Assembly: GCA_013239625.1 (NCBI GenBank)
Contig: MU056050.1
Location: 5,713,366-5,777,365 of the forward strand
DNA: 64,000 nucleotides
Direction of reading: 5' to 3'
Source of the DNA: Lama guanicoe
Taxonomy: Eukaryota
Shown here: positions 12,910-26,228 of the stretch, piece after piece
Layout of the letters: each line of letters starts with the position of its first letter
How positions within the stretch are numbered: the stretch's first letter is position 1
Translations under genes and position numbers: made by a program
Notes under the pieces: generated by a model
What the model saw: the letters and a program-made list of their open reading frames with translations, nothing else
The model's database searches: none
What the model was told of the DNA's origin: nothing

Positions 12910-13910
12910 TGTATTAGTTTCTTACTGCTTCTGCAATAAGTTACCATACAGTTAGTAGCTTAAACAATACAAAATTATTATCTTGCCGTTCTGCAGGTCA
13001 GAAGTGTCACACTGGTCTCCCTAGGTGAAAACTCAAAGTGTTGGCAGGGCTGTATTCCACTCTAAAGGACCCCAGGGAAAATCTGTTTCCTTGTCTTTTC
13101 CAGCTTCTCCAAGCCACCTGCACGCCTGCTTTGGCGCTTGCCCCCCTTCCTCCATTTTCAAAGCCAGCAGGGTATCATCTCCACAAGTTCTTCTGACTCT
13201 GACACACTACCTTCCTCATCACATCTCCCTCTCACTCTTTTAAGGCTCCTTGTGATTATATTGGGCTCACTCAGATAATCCAGGATAATCTTCATGTCAA
13301 ACTGTGCAGCTTAATTATGTAGTAGTGAAGAACAAATCTGACTCCATATTAGATCTGTTCCTTTGGCTCTAACCCTGTGCTCTGTTTCCTGAGCTCAGTC
13401 ATGCAGGTTCCGCACCTTTTGTAAAAGAATGTTGCCTAGAGCCTGCAATATACATGGTAGCCTATTCTCAAGGCTCTGAGCTTTATGAGTATAACACTTT
13501 CCCGTTCATATAAACATAACAAATTGCAGAAGAGAGAATAACATGTCTTGTTGGAGGTTTACAAGGACACCATGACCAGACCTATGTGGACAGCTACAAG
13601 AACAAAGGATTCTGACACCAAGAAGTTTGCAACAACCTACCACACCCTGTCGTCTTTTTAGTATAAAAGGAGCCTGAATTCTGACTTGGGTAAGATGGTT
13701 CTCTAGGACATTAGTCTCCCATCTTCCTGGTCTGCTGGCTTTCCAAATACAGTCATTATTCTTTGCCCCAGTACCTCTCCCGATTATTGGTCTGTCGTGC
13801 AGTGAGCAGTACGAGTTTGGACTCGGTTAACAATCACATCTGCAAGGTCCTTTTTGCCAAGTAAGGAAACACACTCACAAGTTCCAGGGATGAGGATGTG
13901 AACACTTTGT
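12910..13910 (-). mobile_element. MLT1 (MaLR, MLT1C/D-like) solo LTR interrupted by an ERV1-type LTR
   Basis: Starts tgtattagtttc...gcttaaacaa; contains gataatccaggataatct; resumes after 13832 with atcacatctgcaaggtccttttgcc. Confidence 0.9.
13318..13832 (+). mobile_element. ERV1-class solo LTR (MER41-like), 515 bp
   Basis: TG...CA termini (tgtagtag...ggttaaca); 4-bp TSD atta/atca; TATAAAA at 13662-13668; degenerate polyA signal AATACA at 13746-13751. Confidence 0.85.
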
Positions 13911-13919
13911 TTCTTACCT

Positions 13920-15100
13920 TTGACATTTGAATTTTAAAAGTACTCATAACTTCACTCAATAAAAATAACGCTTCTTTGGGCCATTCTGCCCCTTGAGTCC
14001 TATTTCTCATACACTTCAACTACCATCATCTTGAAAGAAAAAGTTATACTTGCTTGTCACTAATTTCTCAACCTCAGTTCCCTGTTTTCTTCTCCTCACT
14101 TCTCATCCTACTTATTTTCCATTTTTTCTTCTGCTTTTTCATTCGCTTTTATCTTCTATAAACATGTGCAGGGCCTCAGTCCTATGCCCTCTCCTCTTCC
14201 ATCTACATGCTTACTCCCACATAAGATATGGTATATACCAAAGCTGCACCTAGCCACCTTGACTCACTCAGCAAATATTCATGGAACACCTACTTCACTG
14301 TGCTACGCAGTTCTGTTGATATTGGAGAGAGATGGTCTCCAAGTGTTCAGTCCAGTTCTAATGGATTATGAATCAATTCACGTCTCTCCATCCCCACTGC
14401 CACAGCCATCACTTGGCCAACTAAAGCACCCCTGTGGCTAGTTCCCCAGCATTCTCCATTGCCCTAATCAAGTCCATTTCATATCCAGTGCCAAAAGTGA
14501 TTTTTCAAAAATGAAATCATGATTTAACTTTCGTGCTTCAAAACTGTTCAAGGGTTGCCCATTATCCTCGAGATCATCTTCAGATCCCTTAGTTTGGCAA
14601 AAAAAAAAAAAAAAGCCCTTCACAGTCTGGGGCCTGCTTTTCTTTGCAGCTTATTTTATCACCTTTGCCTCCCCTTGTGGTCTACACTCCAACCCTGCAC
14701 AATTAAGTTCTATTCTCTAAAAAAGCTCAAAGCCTCTGCACGTTCTCCTGCCCCTCTTCCCTGCATCCCTAATATAACTGTCTTTTCACTCTGTCTCCCT
14801 AACTCTCTCACACACACTGCTGGTTCTTTGCAGCTTCTCCTAGAGGTTTCTTTATTTAGAAGCCTTCCCTGAATACCCAGGAGTAGGTAAGGTATCCCTC
14901 TTCTAAGGACTTCCTATTAATAGCAATGATAACATGATATGATTAACGTGGAAATAGATATATATTTTCTGCCTCGTTCCCTAGTTGCACACATGCGTTT
15001 TAACCATCATTACCTGCCCAGTAGCTAGCATTATGCTGAGTAAAATACGGTACATGCTCAGTAAAGATTTGTTGGATGAATGAATGAATGAATGAATGGG
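13920..15100 (+). mobile_element. L2 LINE 3' part ending in (GAAT)n
   Basis: tctccatccccactgccac, aaagtgatttttcaaaaatgaaatc, and terminal gctcagtaaagatttgttggatgaatgaatgaatg. Confidence 0.8.
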
Positions 15101-16633
15101 TAAATTCAATTATGACACAGAACAAAGGCCTCACTAGAGTGTCAGAATAGAATGAGACTATTTCCAACTACCCAATCTCTATTCTCCCTCGTGTACCACT
15201 ATGAGGTCATTTCTATCTTTCTCTCCCAGAGTCCACGCTAGGATTGAAGAGGAACAGAGTCTGCTACTATGTCAAGTGGGAAATCCTATAGGAACCCACC
15301 CTGACTGACCTCATACCCCAAATCCCCACATTTTCATTATCATTAACTCATTACACGCTGATGAGACAGGAGTTCCAATTCCAATTTCAGTTGTAGTTGC
15401 ACCAGGGTAGAGAATCTGTCAAATCATCTGTAGTTGTGGACATCATCATGAGAACTGCTTTACCACAGGATCACAGTGAATAAAACAGAGCTCCTGTAGG
15501 ATGAAACATCAGCCAGTACAATTCGACATGAGAATCTGGGTTAGCAAGTGCAAAATATTGAGACCTGGGAGGAGGGCAGAGCTTAGGAAAAGACAGCCCT
15601 ACAGTAGCCAGTATTCTGAAGGTTGTTAGGTTCTTGGGATTAACCCGGGAAGCAAAATGCTGATTCAAGGGAATGAGTTGGGCCAAAAAGCCAAACATGT
15701 CTCCAGACTCGGTGCTAAGAAAGCAAAATTCAAGACGGTATGGCTTTCAAGAGTTCAAAGGGGAGAGAGAAAAGGTGCTGATCTTTTTTGGAGATTTCAA
15801 ACAATGCTATTTAATGGACGGTGTATTTGAACAAAATGGAATTATTTTAACTTCAATTTAGCCTTCACAATTAATAAATCTTATTCAAAGCCCTAGAAAT
15901 TAAATAATTATTTGAATCCAGATATATTTTAAAAATACAAAATCAGCTCATTGGTAATGAAAATAATCATAAGTCACTGGAGGAAGATGAGAGATGTGAC
16001 CTTTTAATTAAAGATTAGCAGTCTCTGGCAACAGTGTGTTAAAATCATAAAGGCAACATGACCTTTAAATATCTTCCCTAAGGCTGTAAATGGGGTAACT
16101 TGTGAGTGTAAGAGTGTGTGTGATTACATACACACACATAATAAAATGGACCGTCCCACGTAATTTAAAGATACACTGATCCACCCCAATGTGGAAAAAC
16201 AATCATGATTCTCAATACTGTTAAGGTAAAAAAGAAATTGAACATCTATTTTGTTTTAATATTTTCTACAAAATGGGCTGTGCAGAAAGGTCATTTATAT
16301 CATCTTCATAAGCACTAGGCAAATTTCCAATATAAAATATCTATCCAGTTTTTAAAATGTATTTTAAAATATTGTTTCTGCTATTTTTTTTTCCATTTAA
16401 ATCAAGGTGAAATCAACTAGCTATCTTATTTAGAGTTCATATGTTAGCAAGGAGCAAAAAGTCAATGAAACTTGCCAAGACAAAAAAGGATGCTGGAATT
16501 TACTAGAATATAGGAATATGTCAAAGATCCTAGGTAAGGGAGTACAGGCAGGTTTCATGAGGACCTGGGACCAGAAACAGTAACAAAGATACACTTAATC
16601 TTTTTTCTTTGGAGCCAGATGGTGTCTTGTCTC

Positions 16634-16710
16634 TTTTTTTTTTAACTGAAGTCAGTTACAATGTGTCAATTTCTGGTGTACAGCAACAGACTTGCAGACA
16701 TAGTAAACAA
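16634..16710 (-). mobile_element. 77-bp 5'-inverted L1 3'-end insertion
   Basis: Poly-T, then a reverse L1 terminus, then a forward L1 3'UTR piece; flanked by TSD tcttgtctc (16625-16633 / 16711-16719). Confidence 0.8.
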
Positions 16711-16744
16711 TCTTGTCTCCTCTTAATCTCTGTCTAACCCTTTT

Positions 16745-17107
16745 TCTCTCCATCATCTCAGGTTGCTGTTAGACTGGGTGACTTAAGTAATATTTACTTC
16801 TCATAGTTCTGGAGGCTCTGCAGTCCAAGATCAAGGTACTGGAAGAAATGGTTCCCAGTGAGGGCTCTCTTCCTCACTTACAGACATCTGCCTTCTTATT
16901 GTGTTCTTACATAGTTTAGAGCACAAGCATACTCTGGTCTCTTCCGCTTCCTATAAGGATACTAAATTTCATCAAGGGTTCACCCTCATGTTTTAATTAG
17001 ACAACCTAATTATGTCTCAAAGGCTCTACTTCCAAATTCCCTCACATTGGAGGTTAGGGTATAAACATGTGACTTTGGGGGAAACAAAACATGTAGTCCA
17101 TTATACA
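16745..17107 (-). mobile_element. MLT1A-like MaLR solo LTR
   Basis: ttctcatagttctggaggct...agtccaagatcaagg...gtgagggctctcttcct...tttgggggaaacaaaacat..agtccattataca. Confidence 0.85.
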
Positions 17108-18679
17108 AAACCCTCCGCCTCTCTCTCATTCTCACTCTCTCTGTCTCTCACTCTCTCTCATTCTCTTCCTCCTGGCTTTCCCTGTTCCATGTGCATACAA
17201 CCAAAACAAGGCTACTCTAGCCTCAGCCACATATGATGCCCTAGTTTGTGCAAAAAAAGATTAGTTGGAATCTTTGGTCCTGATTCCAATTTTCCAGGAA
17301 AATCTATTTAACTCAATCAGCCTGTCCTCTGCAGACTTCAGTAGGTATAATGTGGGGTGTCAGCCAGGCCATACATATACCATTCTCGAAAAACTGTTCT
17401 GGAGATGAGCACCTGCACCTTGGTTTATGTTAATCCCTGGGCTCAGTTGGCTGGGAAAGATCTGGATCTCTGAGCCAAAGGACGCACTGTAACATTTAAA
17501 GTTATAGTTTCTATTTATAAGCATATTGCCTAGAAGGAAATAATCAATCTTTCAGAAAATGATAGTAACCTGCTATCTGGAGTCATGATCATTTAATTAG
17601 GAAGTATTCATTTCATTCCAGGATACAACAAAATAGAATGCCAGTCACAGAGGTGAGAAAAAGGAAACTTTGCCAGACACTAATTCAAAATTCTATAACC
17701 AATTGAAGCAAGAGATTGTCGACCTCAACTGTAGGAGGAAAAATATCTGCAATACTTAGATGAAAACTTAAAATTTTTCCACACTGACTAGAAGTGATAC
17801 CTGCTTCCAATGGTGGTCTGACATTAATCTAACACCCTCCTCTGAAAGGCCAGGGGTGTGATTCAGATATCATTTAATTAATCCATAAAATAACTCTCTC
17901 TGAAAGAAAAGAAACAGCATCTAGTTGCCTAACTTTAAAGACAGAAATCGAACTTGGCATGCTACTGAAATTCTACACAATAATCCAATTACTGTCATCA
18001 GACCTGTTTAAAGAAATCTGTTTCCTGGCATGGTCAACGGATGTGGTTAATCTAAGATTCGACTTCATTGTCACCAATCTGCATGAGACAACTTTCAAAG
18101 ACTAAGAAGAGAAAATATATTCTATACTGAAATAAGACAGAAAAGAGCTTGAACTCTCTTTTGATGATTCAGAAGGCACTTCATGAAGCCAAAAGGTCTC
18201 AGGGCTAACGTGGTGAACATCAGTTCTCTTTGAATAGCAAATGTGGGAAAGGAACAGTTAATGGAGAGTTATTGGTGATAGGAAGCCAGGTAAATGGGCT
18301 TTTACTTATGCAGTGAAATATGACCATTGAAATATTCTATATGTATTTTTAACTTGTTTTGCAGGAGGCTGCATTCTTGGGGATTTTGTTCCAAACTAGA
18401 TGGTATACAGCAATTCAGAAATCCCCAGAGGTTAAAGAACAAAGGACTATAAAGAAAAATGTGTGCCTTGTAAGCAGTGTTCCCAGTAATTTGTTTAAGC
18501 TGTGAGCAGACAGCCATGCTATATCAGCAACAAACTATGTAGACTGAGCCGACATATAGAGAGATCACTGCTGTAATCCAATAAAACTTGTAACAAAGTT
18601 GTTATCAAATGCACATCAAAAGACCTATGTAATTATTACTATGCTACATGGAAACTCATACTTTAAAAAAAAACATACA

Positions 18680-19110
18680 GTTACTGAATATTCACTCTGT
18701 ACTAAACGCCACGCAGAATGTTATGAGTACAAAGACAAGTAAGATACCATCCCTGTCCTCCAGGAGCTCAAAGTCCACAGGGAGAAGACAAAATGATAAA
18801 ACGATTTAGAGGTATTGTGGTACAAATATGCATACTGTGTTTTGAAAGCCCGATCTGGTCTTGGGGATGCGGAGCTAAGTCTTTCTGGAGGAGGTGATAC
18901 AGAACTTGATTCTTCATGGAGAGGCAGGAGCGCACCAGAAAAAGGATGGGAGTCCAGTCAACACAAACTATAGAAGCACAGACACAGGGGCAGAGAAAGC
19001 ACTGCAGAATGTATGTGAGGAAAAGGCAAGCTGCTCCTCACCAGAGGAGGATGAAGTGTGAAGCGGCAATATGGAACGAAAATGAGGAAGCGCGAGATCA
19101 AGAGAGTACT
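18680..19110 (-). mobile_element. L2 fragment
   Basis: ttactgaatattcactctgt ... atccctgtcctccaggagctcaaagtc ... tttctggaggaggtga. Confidence 0.7.
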
Positions 19111-19759
19111 AACGAACAGAGCGTGATGACAATGCCTTTGTCAATTTCTCTTGGTAAATTTAGCTCTTTCACATCAATGGAGACATTTTATCCTGGCCTC
19201 ACTTAGTCATCATCCTCACTACACAAAAAGATTTTAGCCCTTAACTTCTGAGTTTCCCCTGCAACGAACTGGTCTTCCCTTTTGTTTCAGGGTCAACTTC
19301 CCTGTGCTTCACCCATTAATGACCAAAGCACCTGGCTTCTCTCCTGCCCTGGCCCTGAAACCTCAAGGGACCCAGTCAAATAACCTGGATGCAAGATGTC
19401 CTGAGGCACCTGAAATGAGGGCCCTGCGAGATTATATAAGTCACTCAAGGTTTGAAAAACAAAATGTGGAACAATTCAAATCCAGGTCATTCTATTGTTA
19501 AAGTTGAAACATTATAAAATCTAGTAGCCTAGCAAGTGGTGGGAAAAGAGGCAACTATAGGAAGCAACTCATTATTTGACCATGATCCCTATGGATAAAG
19601 GAGCTCCCTTCAAGCATAGCAAGAGAGAAGTGTTTGAACTCTTTCGGGGACAAAGGAAAAGCCTCCTTAGCCCCCAAATACCCTTAATGCCTTACCTCAC
19701 TGCCACACTTGAACTGGAAGGAAGACAGTAAATTTACTCTGCTGCTGAAGACTTAAAAT

Positions 19760-19970
19760 TTAGTGTTTGTACACAGACAGGGGTTTGAATCCCAGCTCCC
19801 CTTCAAACAAGCTGTGAAATTTTGGGGCAACCTTTCTGAGTCAGGGTTTCAGTGTCTGTAGACTGAATGCTATAATAACCACATCATCATGCAAGTCTAT
19901 CATGAGATTCAAATTAGAATACACAGGAAAAGCATCAATCACAGAGTTTGGCCAAGAAAAATGCTCAAAT
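19760..19970 (+). mobile_element. MIR SINE
   Basis: gggtttgaatcccagctcc ... agctgtga ... ctttctgagtcagggtttc. Confidence 0.75.
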
Positions 19971-20059
19971 TGAAAAAATATATGTAATCATGTTCTCTGT
20001 CACTAGTATCCTCAAAACCCTCACTCCTTTATCTTTCACATGTGCTTCAACCAAACTCC

Positions 20060-22305
20060 AAAATTAAATTGTTTCTTAAGATTATTCAAACGTGTGTTTA
20101 CCCTTTTTCCCCTCCTGAGGAGCTGAACATTGCTGGGGAAAGTTCTATGAATATCATGATGGGGTATTTCACATGAACCCTTGCTGTCCCACCTTCAGTG
20201 GACTTTCAGAGCCTATTAACAATGCTTGTATTTTCACCAGTCCAGCTTAGCTGGAGAATTTTTCAAGGAACCTACACCAAAGGTATTTCCACTTTTCTCA
20301 GGTCCCTCAAGTTTTCAGCAGATGAGCTCTTCTATCTACTTTTCTGAGGAGGGTGGTAAACGTTTCATATGAATTCTTTCAGCTCTCAGTGATCCAACCA
20401 CAAATGTCCCCTATACTTTTACCATTATTTCCTTTCATTCTTGCTTTGTGTTTCAAAGGGAGAAGCGTCCACCTCTTTGAAGACTAATCCTTCGATTTCT
20501 GCTGTCCCTTCCTACTGGCTTCCTCTACTACCTTACTCTTAAGTCCAGTCCTTCTGTCTCTCACATTTTCAATCTCACTTCTTTGCAATGATTCCTTCTC
20601 TTTGGCCTGCAAACTTATTCAAATCTTCTGTTAATTAAAACATCCCAGCATCCAGCAAAGTGCTTTGGAAATAGACAATCAATGGATATTTATGAACGCA
20701 TCAAACTGCTGGTGAAAAATCCCCGGCACGAAAAAACTATAGCATCAGTCTCATTTTCTTCGCTCCAAGTCATCATTCAAAGAGCAGTGTACACTCAGTT
20801 CTTTTCCTTTATGCCCAATTCCCATTCACTACTCAAACTACTCTAATCTGATTTGTGGCCTCGCTTCTCCACAGATATTGCTCTGACCAAGTTACCAATA
20901 AATGACCTGTCACCACGTCCAGTGCCATTCCCAGGTGCAATTCGATTCAACTTCAGGGCACATTTATCACCTCTTCTCCTCTGTGAAAAGTAGCCTTCCC
21001 TAATGGCTTCTGGGATATGCATACATCCATTTGGCCAGCATTTCCTGTGCAACTATTATGTTGAGACACAATAATGAATACAACAAAGCTCCTGCCTTCA
21101 ACGAACAGACAGGCCTATAACTGTGAGCTTATCCCATGATCAAGTATCCTTCATTATTCATGTTCTGATACCCTTCAGGAGCTCTTATCCCTCCTCCTAC
21201 CTCCTGAATACAGGAGGACTTCCACAAGGAAATGTCCTCAGTCTTCCTGTCTCACACCTAGAACTCCATTTTTAGAGATGCCACCAGTCCTATAGGGTCA
21301 TTGGTCACAGCTATAGCAGTATCTCCTAAATCCGTATTTTTCCCTCTGAATTTTCTCCTGAGACTCACACTACGTGCATGTCCAGCTGTGTCCCAAACAC
21401 CTCCATCTGAATATACAAGTAACGACTAAGCTCTGCGCACCCCAATCTTTTCTCCTCACCTATCTCCTCCAATAAACTGCTCCTGTGATTCCAAATCTGC
21501 TTTATAAATTACTCTTCTCCCAATCATCAGGACTGACACACTGGTATCATCTTTAAATCCTCCTTCCCCTTCATGTATCAATTGGAGTGAGTCACTAAAA
21601 TTTGGTAGACCTTCTTCCTCCTGTCTTTTACTCTGTTCACCCTTCCATCTTTTCTGCCAGTGTACCTGTTCAGGGCATCATCACACATCTCGTAAACAAT
21701 CAGTCAGTTCTTTAATGTTTCCCATCCTTCAGCCTCCTCCACTTCAACCAAACATTCATAATCCCATTAGACTAACCTTCGAAAATTAGAGCTTCGCATT
21801 TTAAAAACAACTGATGTATTAATGTTCCGTAAAGGGGAAATTTATTAAATTATTCTGCTAATAATAAAAAGTCCTGGTATCATTTCAAATAACATGCTAT
21901 TCATTTACTCTACATTCTGGCCACATGAAACTGCTCACTGTGCTTGAAACACGTTCTACACTTTGCTTTTAGTACATCTTTCCCTTGTAGTTCCTTCTGC
22001 TCATAATGTGCTTCTTCAATATTTTTATTTCCTGGGTAATAAACTTTCAAGTCCCAATTAAAAACCTGCTAAAAATAATCCTCTTTTCATATATTCCTGT
22101 TATAGTTTGAATTTTGTCTATTGCATGCTTTATACTGTTGTCTCTGAGTTATCTTAGAGCCTGCCTTTCATATCTTCCATTTCAATCTTAAGTGGTTAAT
22201 TTCCTGAGGATGGGCCCAAGACCTATCAGCCTTTCTGTCTGCCACATCTAGCCCAGTTGGTACCCTGCAGGCAGCAGAGGCTCAGCAGCCATTGATTTGA
22301 ATTGA
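20060..22305 (+). mobile_element. Long degraded L2 (ORF2 region to 3' end), with internal insertions
   Basis: Pyrimidine-rich L2 body (tgctctgaccaagttaccaataaatgacct; ggtatcatctttaaatcctcc) and an L2 end (ggctcagcagccattgatttgaattga). Confidence 0.7.
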
Positions 22306-24104
22306 CGTGAACTACAAACAACACCTGGCAGAAAAATCATCCTCACAGGAATGCAGTGAAAGTAAAGTGATCAAATTATTTCCTGGTTAATTAAGAGAGG
22401 AGGGTAGAAAGCAGCAGGGGGCTGAAAACTTGAAGGAGAAGAGTGCTTCACAGGGCAGAGAGCTCAAAACGGGAAGGCTGATGCTTCCCAGAAAAACTCA
22501 TTGACTGCATGGATGTGTCCCCTGCCCCCCTCACCTTATTTTCACTTCAACTGACAAACAAGGATTAGCGGACCAAACATACTTGCTGCCCTGGCCAGGA
22601 AAGCTCATGTGTATCTTAAACTGATCACTGAGGCACAACTGAAATCCATACCCATTGGTCTTCCAAATCATAATTTATGCCGCTCACCAACAAGGTATAT
22701 TGTGACGATATGATTACTATTATAAAGTGACTTCAATGTCTTTGATACATGACCCATAATCCTGTGTCCAAATGCATGAAGTTTTTCCAGTGTAGCCATA
22801 TTCCAGAAGTGCCCTGTGCAAATCAAACTTACATACAATGAACCACACTTGAACCCTACTTGCCACTACCACACCACCCTCTCTGCCAGCCTTAAAGCTA
22901 CTGCACACTACAGGATTCAGACAGTACAACTCTGCCCAAGACAGAAGGCTCTTTTCTGTGTCCCGATAAAATACACACCATTCCTACCTCCTAGCTTACA
23001 ACTTAAAGAGCTGCGTGGTCCTCCCCTGCCCTGTATCACATTATCAGAACACCAGAAAAGGTCAAAAACACGGTACAGTCCTCTTAGACACTTGCCAAGC
23101 TGCACCTCAGATCACAGAATCCAAGTGTAACCTTTGTACATATTGACATCTATCCATTTAACAAATATTCATCTAGTGCCTAATGTCAGCCTGGCACTGG
23201 GCTAGGCAGTGGGGGTCCTGGGTAGACATGGTCCTTGCCCTCATGGACTTCGTGATGTGTAACTAAAATAACTCCTGTAATTGAAGCAGGTAAATGTATT
23301 CCTGTCTTTATATTATTCATAAAATAACCATTTATTTATTGATTAAACAGATGCCCATTATGTACCAAGCACTGGACAAAGGGCCAATTTACCTTTCAGA
23401 AGGGAGACAAACAAGGTAACTCAGACTCTCACCAACTACCTATCAGTCCAGTTTTCCACTCTGATTAGCAGCTTTCAGTTATTCCACCTCCACACCCAGC
23501 TTTAGACTGCGAGCTCTCCCTCAGTAGAACATCTGCCAATGCTCAGAAGCTCTGAATCGTATCTGCTACCTGACTTACTTGTCTGAATGTCTCTGACCCC
23601 TGGTCCCTAACTGGTTAGCTAACATCCCCCCATCTGCTTTCCTCTGTTCTTCTAACTCCTAAGGATCACCTAATACCCCAGTATTTGACAAGGCCATGAC
23701 CTTGCTCCTAGATTTCGCTCTCCAGTGGTTCTACATCTGATTCTTGTGTGATTACCTTCCTACTCAGAACTTGTCCAACCCTTCTCTTCTCTTTCGTGAC
23801 AATCCCAAACTTGGATTTTTTCAGCTAGTTCTGACCTGTAGTCAGCCTTGAACTCTGATACCCTGGTGACCCCGGGGCCCTTAAGAAAGGACCTTGGCTT
23901 CTTTCCTGAGGTACCCAATGTGCTGCCACCATTTCTCTCACTTATTTCATGCTCAGGCCTCTTTTCGCTAGGAACAAGGTGCATGTATATGAAATGTATA
24001 GGAAATGCAGGTCGCTACCTACTTAAATTGGTTCAAGGAACTTGCACAGCTATGGAAGAACTTTCAGTGCTATTCTCTTCTGTATAAAACTCCTGAGCCA
24101 TTTT

Positions 24105-24258
24105 TTAATCTACAATTTAAAGCTTTTGTTTTAGAGGGGGAGGTAATTAGGTTTATTTATTTACTTATTTTTAGAGGTACTGAGGATTGAACCCAGGACC
24201 CCATGCATGCTAAGCATGTGCTGTACCACTGAGCTAAACCCCACCCCTCACCCCTCAA
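24105..24258 (-). mobile_element. Camelid tRNA-derived SINE (Vic-1-like)
   Basis: Reverse tRNA-like head (ggattgaacccaggacc...ctaagcatgtgctgtaccactgagcta) and aaacctaattacctcccc tail; TSD tgagccatttt at 24094-24104 / 24259-24269. Confidence 0.9.
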
Positions 24259-26228
24259 TGAGCCATTTTCAAGCTATAACTCAAAGGCAAGGAGCTATGT
24301 CTGAAAGTTTGCTTATAAGGCACTCTGCAGTCGCAAAGCTCTCTGCCATTAATATGTTTATCAGCTTAAGTCTAGATTCTTGTTACGGTCAAATTTGTAT
24401 ATTTTCATAGAACTGTAAAATACCAGGTTGATTTACATAAGGATTCTAGGATATTCTAGAGACCTGTGGATGGTAATTTTGTCACATTCTCTACATAAAA
24501 TTTAAGATAATCCTCTAGAAGGCGGTAACCAAAGGAATGCTACAACACCTAAGGCCAAAGAAGAGCTCATACCAAGCAAAGGGGGATCTAGCCCCCACAA
24601 GTCCTGTCTCAACGCACTGTTGCACTCTCTTAAGAATCAGAGCCCTGACTGGTGTCCCTGATAAGACTTCTCCGAACAACTCTAAGGAACGGTAGTTGGG
24701 CGGCCTTACAAGTTGTAGCAGTTAAAGAATACAGCCCACTGAAGAACAGCCACACAGTGGAGTGCCGCAGAGTCACCTATTTCAGGTGCATCCACATCCA
24801 CAGAGATCAGGCTCAGGAACACAGCAGGGTGGTCCAAAGAGAGACTAGAGTGACCACTAGACAGTTCTGGAATGAGAAAAAGGGACTGCACTTCCCAGAG
24901 TTGTTCCCAAACACTCAGACTAGGATGTTTGGGGACCAGCGTTTTCTCCTCAATAAAGAGGACATTCCACCTCTGAGAGGCTACATCCTGCCATTAGATA
25001 CCCTGTCGGGGAGGTGAGCCAAGACACAGACACTCAGTATGGACATAAAGGACGTGACATGATGTTCCTAAGTTCCAGAGGGAAGACACAGGATAATGGG
25101 AAATCCCGGCATGCCAAAGGTACCAAAGGAAGAAATCAAGTAAAATAACACAATGAGAACCCAGTTTCCACTTTGGAGGTAGACTTCCCAATGATGATCA
25201 GTTTGGTAGGTCCACTAACACACTTGGTCCTGGGAGAGAAGTCGAGGCAATGAACTTTCCCATCTAACTCAAACATCTTATAACATCCCCATCAAATCTC
25301 TGAAAACCACAAAGCAGTAAGTCATTTTGTCAGTAAAGTTGTAATACTGTGAAAAATCTTTCCAATGGCTGTGATCAACAAGTCCTTTGCCTTCCTTTAG
25401 CAAGTCCAGATTCTGAAATATTGACAAGGGGAGCTGGGGGAGGAAGGCTACAGTCGGGGGGGAAGAAAGAAAACGATTTCCGCTCCCAAGTCTCTGGGAG
25501 CCAGGCTTTACCCACCTAACCCTGAAGTCAAAGAAAGCATTTCCACATACTTTCCCACATTTGTTTCCCCTCCCCAGTCTCCCAGAGGCTCTTCAGTCTC
25601 AAACGGGAGATAATCTTCAGATCAATGCGGGCTGATGTCAAACTCTTACTAAGCCATGTTTTCCCAGCTGGGGGTAAATTCTGCTTGCCTGGAAGTAAAA
25701 CTTCCTAATTAGAAATGTCAAGTCTCTGTTTAAACAGCAAGGAAGGAACCAAGAGTGGGAAGTATGAGGCTGTAACAATTTTTTTTTAATTAACTCTTCC
25801 TTGACTCTGAATTTCAAAGCTTTTGGGCGGTGAAACTTTTAGCGTTGAACTTTGGGCTGATTTTCATTCATTTTCTACTGGATGGGGCTTGGGGGCTGCA
25901 GGAGTGTGGGACAACAGAAAAGGGGTAGGCAGCTAGGAAAGCCCTGAACAATTGCCTCTTGAGTAGCCTGAGAAGACAGTGAAATCTCCCCTGTCCTAGA
26001 TTACTGTCAATTACATCCTTACTACACTGACTCTGCATCTCCAAATTTCTTACTTTTCTGCCTAAAAGCATGGAAGAAGCTCCATCAAAAAGGTAGAAAA
26101 ATATCTGGGAATGGAAATGAACTGTCATTATTTGACATTAACACCTTCCTCCTAAAGTTTTTTTCATAGCAGCATAGGAAAGTAAGGAGGAAATGAAAGA
26201 GAAGGTATGAAAGTATCATCTCATCTCA

